This document shows positions 47,924 to 48,113 of a stretch of 48,113 bases of DNA, piece by piece (position 1 is the stretch's first letter; every line of letters begins with the position of its first letter). The DNA is from an uncultured Edaphocola sp. (lineage in GTDB: Bacteria > Bacteroidota > Bacteroidia > Chitinophagales > Chitinophagaceae). The notes below the pieces were generated by a model. The model searched no databases. It had not been told where the DNA came from and worked only from the letters and a program-made list of their open reading frames with translations. The DNA lies in NCBI GenBank assembly GCA_964277835.1, contig CAXYKQ010000069.1, positions 1-48,113 of the forward strand, in the 5' to 3' direction. The translations under genes were made by a program, and so were the position numbers.

Positions 47924-48113
47924 CTACTCCTGAAGCAGCAGGTACTTGAAGCTATAGCTTTCTTTTCCGTTTTGTAAACGGATGTAATATATGCCCGCGG
48001 CCTGCTTACCCAGGTGGAAACTGTATTGCTGTATGTTTTTAGGAATGGATTGTTGTTGCAGCACCCTGCCCAGTTGATCGGTAACGATCAGTTGCGCTTC
48101 CGCTTTAAAAGGT
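47924..48113 (-). CDS. 3' end of another T9SS type A cargo gene (runs off the right edge)
   Basis: PFKAEAQLIVTDQLGRVLQQQSIPKNIQQYSFHLGKQAAGIYYIRLQNGKESYSFKYLLLQE*; paralogous to the 46103-47716 CTD. Confidence 0.85.
   Translation of the reverse strand, partial: PFKAEAQLIVTDQLGRVLQQQSIPKNIQQYSFHLGKQAAGIYYIRLQNGKESYSFKYLLLQE
47943..48113. repeat. Direct repeat copy B (CTD-coding; may extend beyond the window)
   Basis: 168/171 nt identical to 46122-46292, offset 1821 nt. Confidence 0.97.

Noticed and set aside
46122-48113. Diversity-generating retroelement TR/VR pair
   Set aside because: The mismatches are not adenine-specific in either copy on either strand (coding strand A/G, G/A, G/T), both copies are coding gene ends, and no reverse transcriptase is in the window.

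Overview
A 48 kb chromosomal window from a Bacteroidota bacterium. The T9SS genes and TAnnTTTG promoter elements support the phylum; Chitinophagaceae is my inference. Most of it is housekeeping and envelope genes: nadB (partial, missed by the ORF track), nadA, two S9 peptidases, two MBL-fold hydrolases, a two-component system next to a USP-like/lipocalin-like/YoaK operon, a cyclophilin, prmA, chrA, an Ala-Glu epimerase, an orphan peptide-binding lipoprotein, a YugP-type Zn peptidase, a TPR + beta-barrel + HU/SPOR-like cluster and an RprY-like regulator. T9SS content: two type-B-CTD surface proteins, two PorP/SprF barrels and a PorE-like protein. The most unusual region is the right end (44.8-48.1 kb), a tandem array of type-A T9SS cargo genes. 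It has a 171-nt, 3-mismatch duplicated CTD-coding segment, two orphan CTD tails lying in frame directly behind the stop codons of other cargo genes, and sharp GC mosaicism, which together suggest a recombinationally shuffled cassette array. Regulatory signals of note: 11-bp-phased ATTAGAAA repeats before the USP operon, and a sigma54-type promoter with an adjacent TGTCAGT-N3-ACTGACA palindrome before the YugP-type gene. I saw no tRNA/rRNA, CRISPR, transposase, integrase or reverse transcriptase. All calls are by eye, without database searches.
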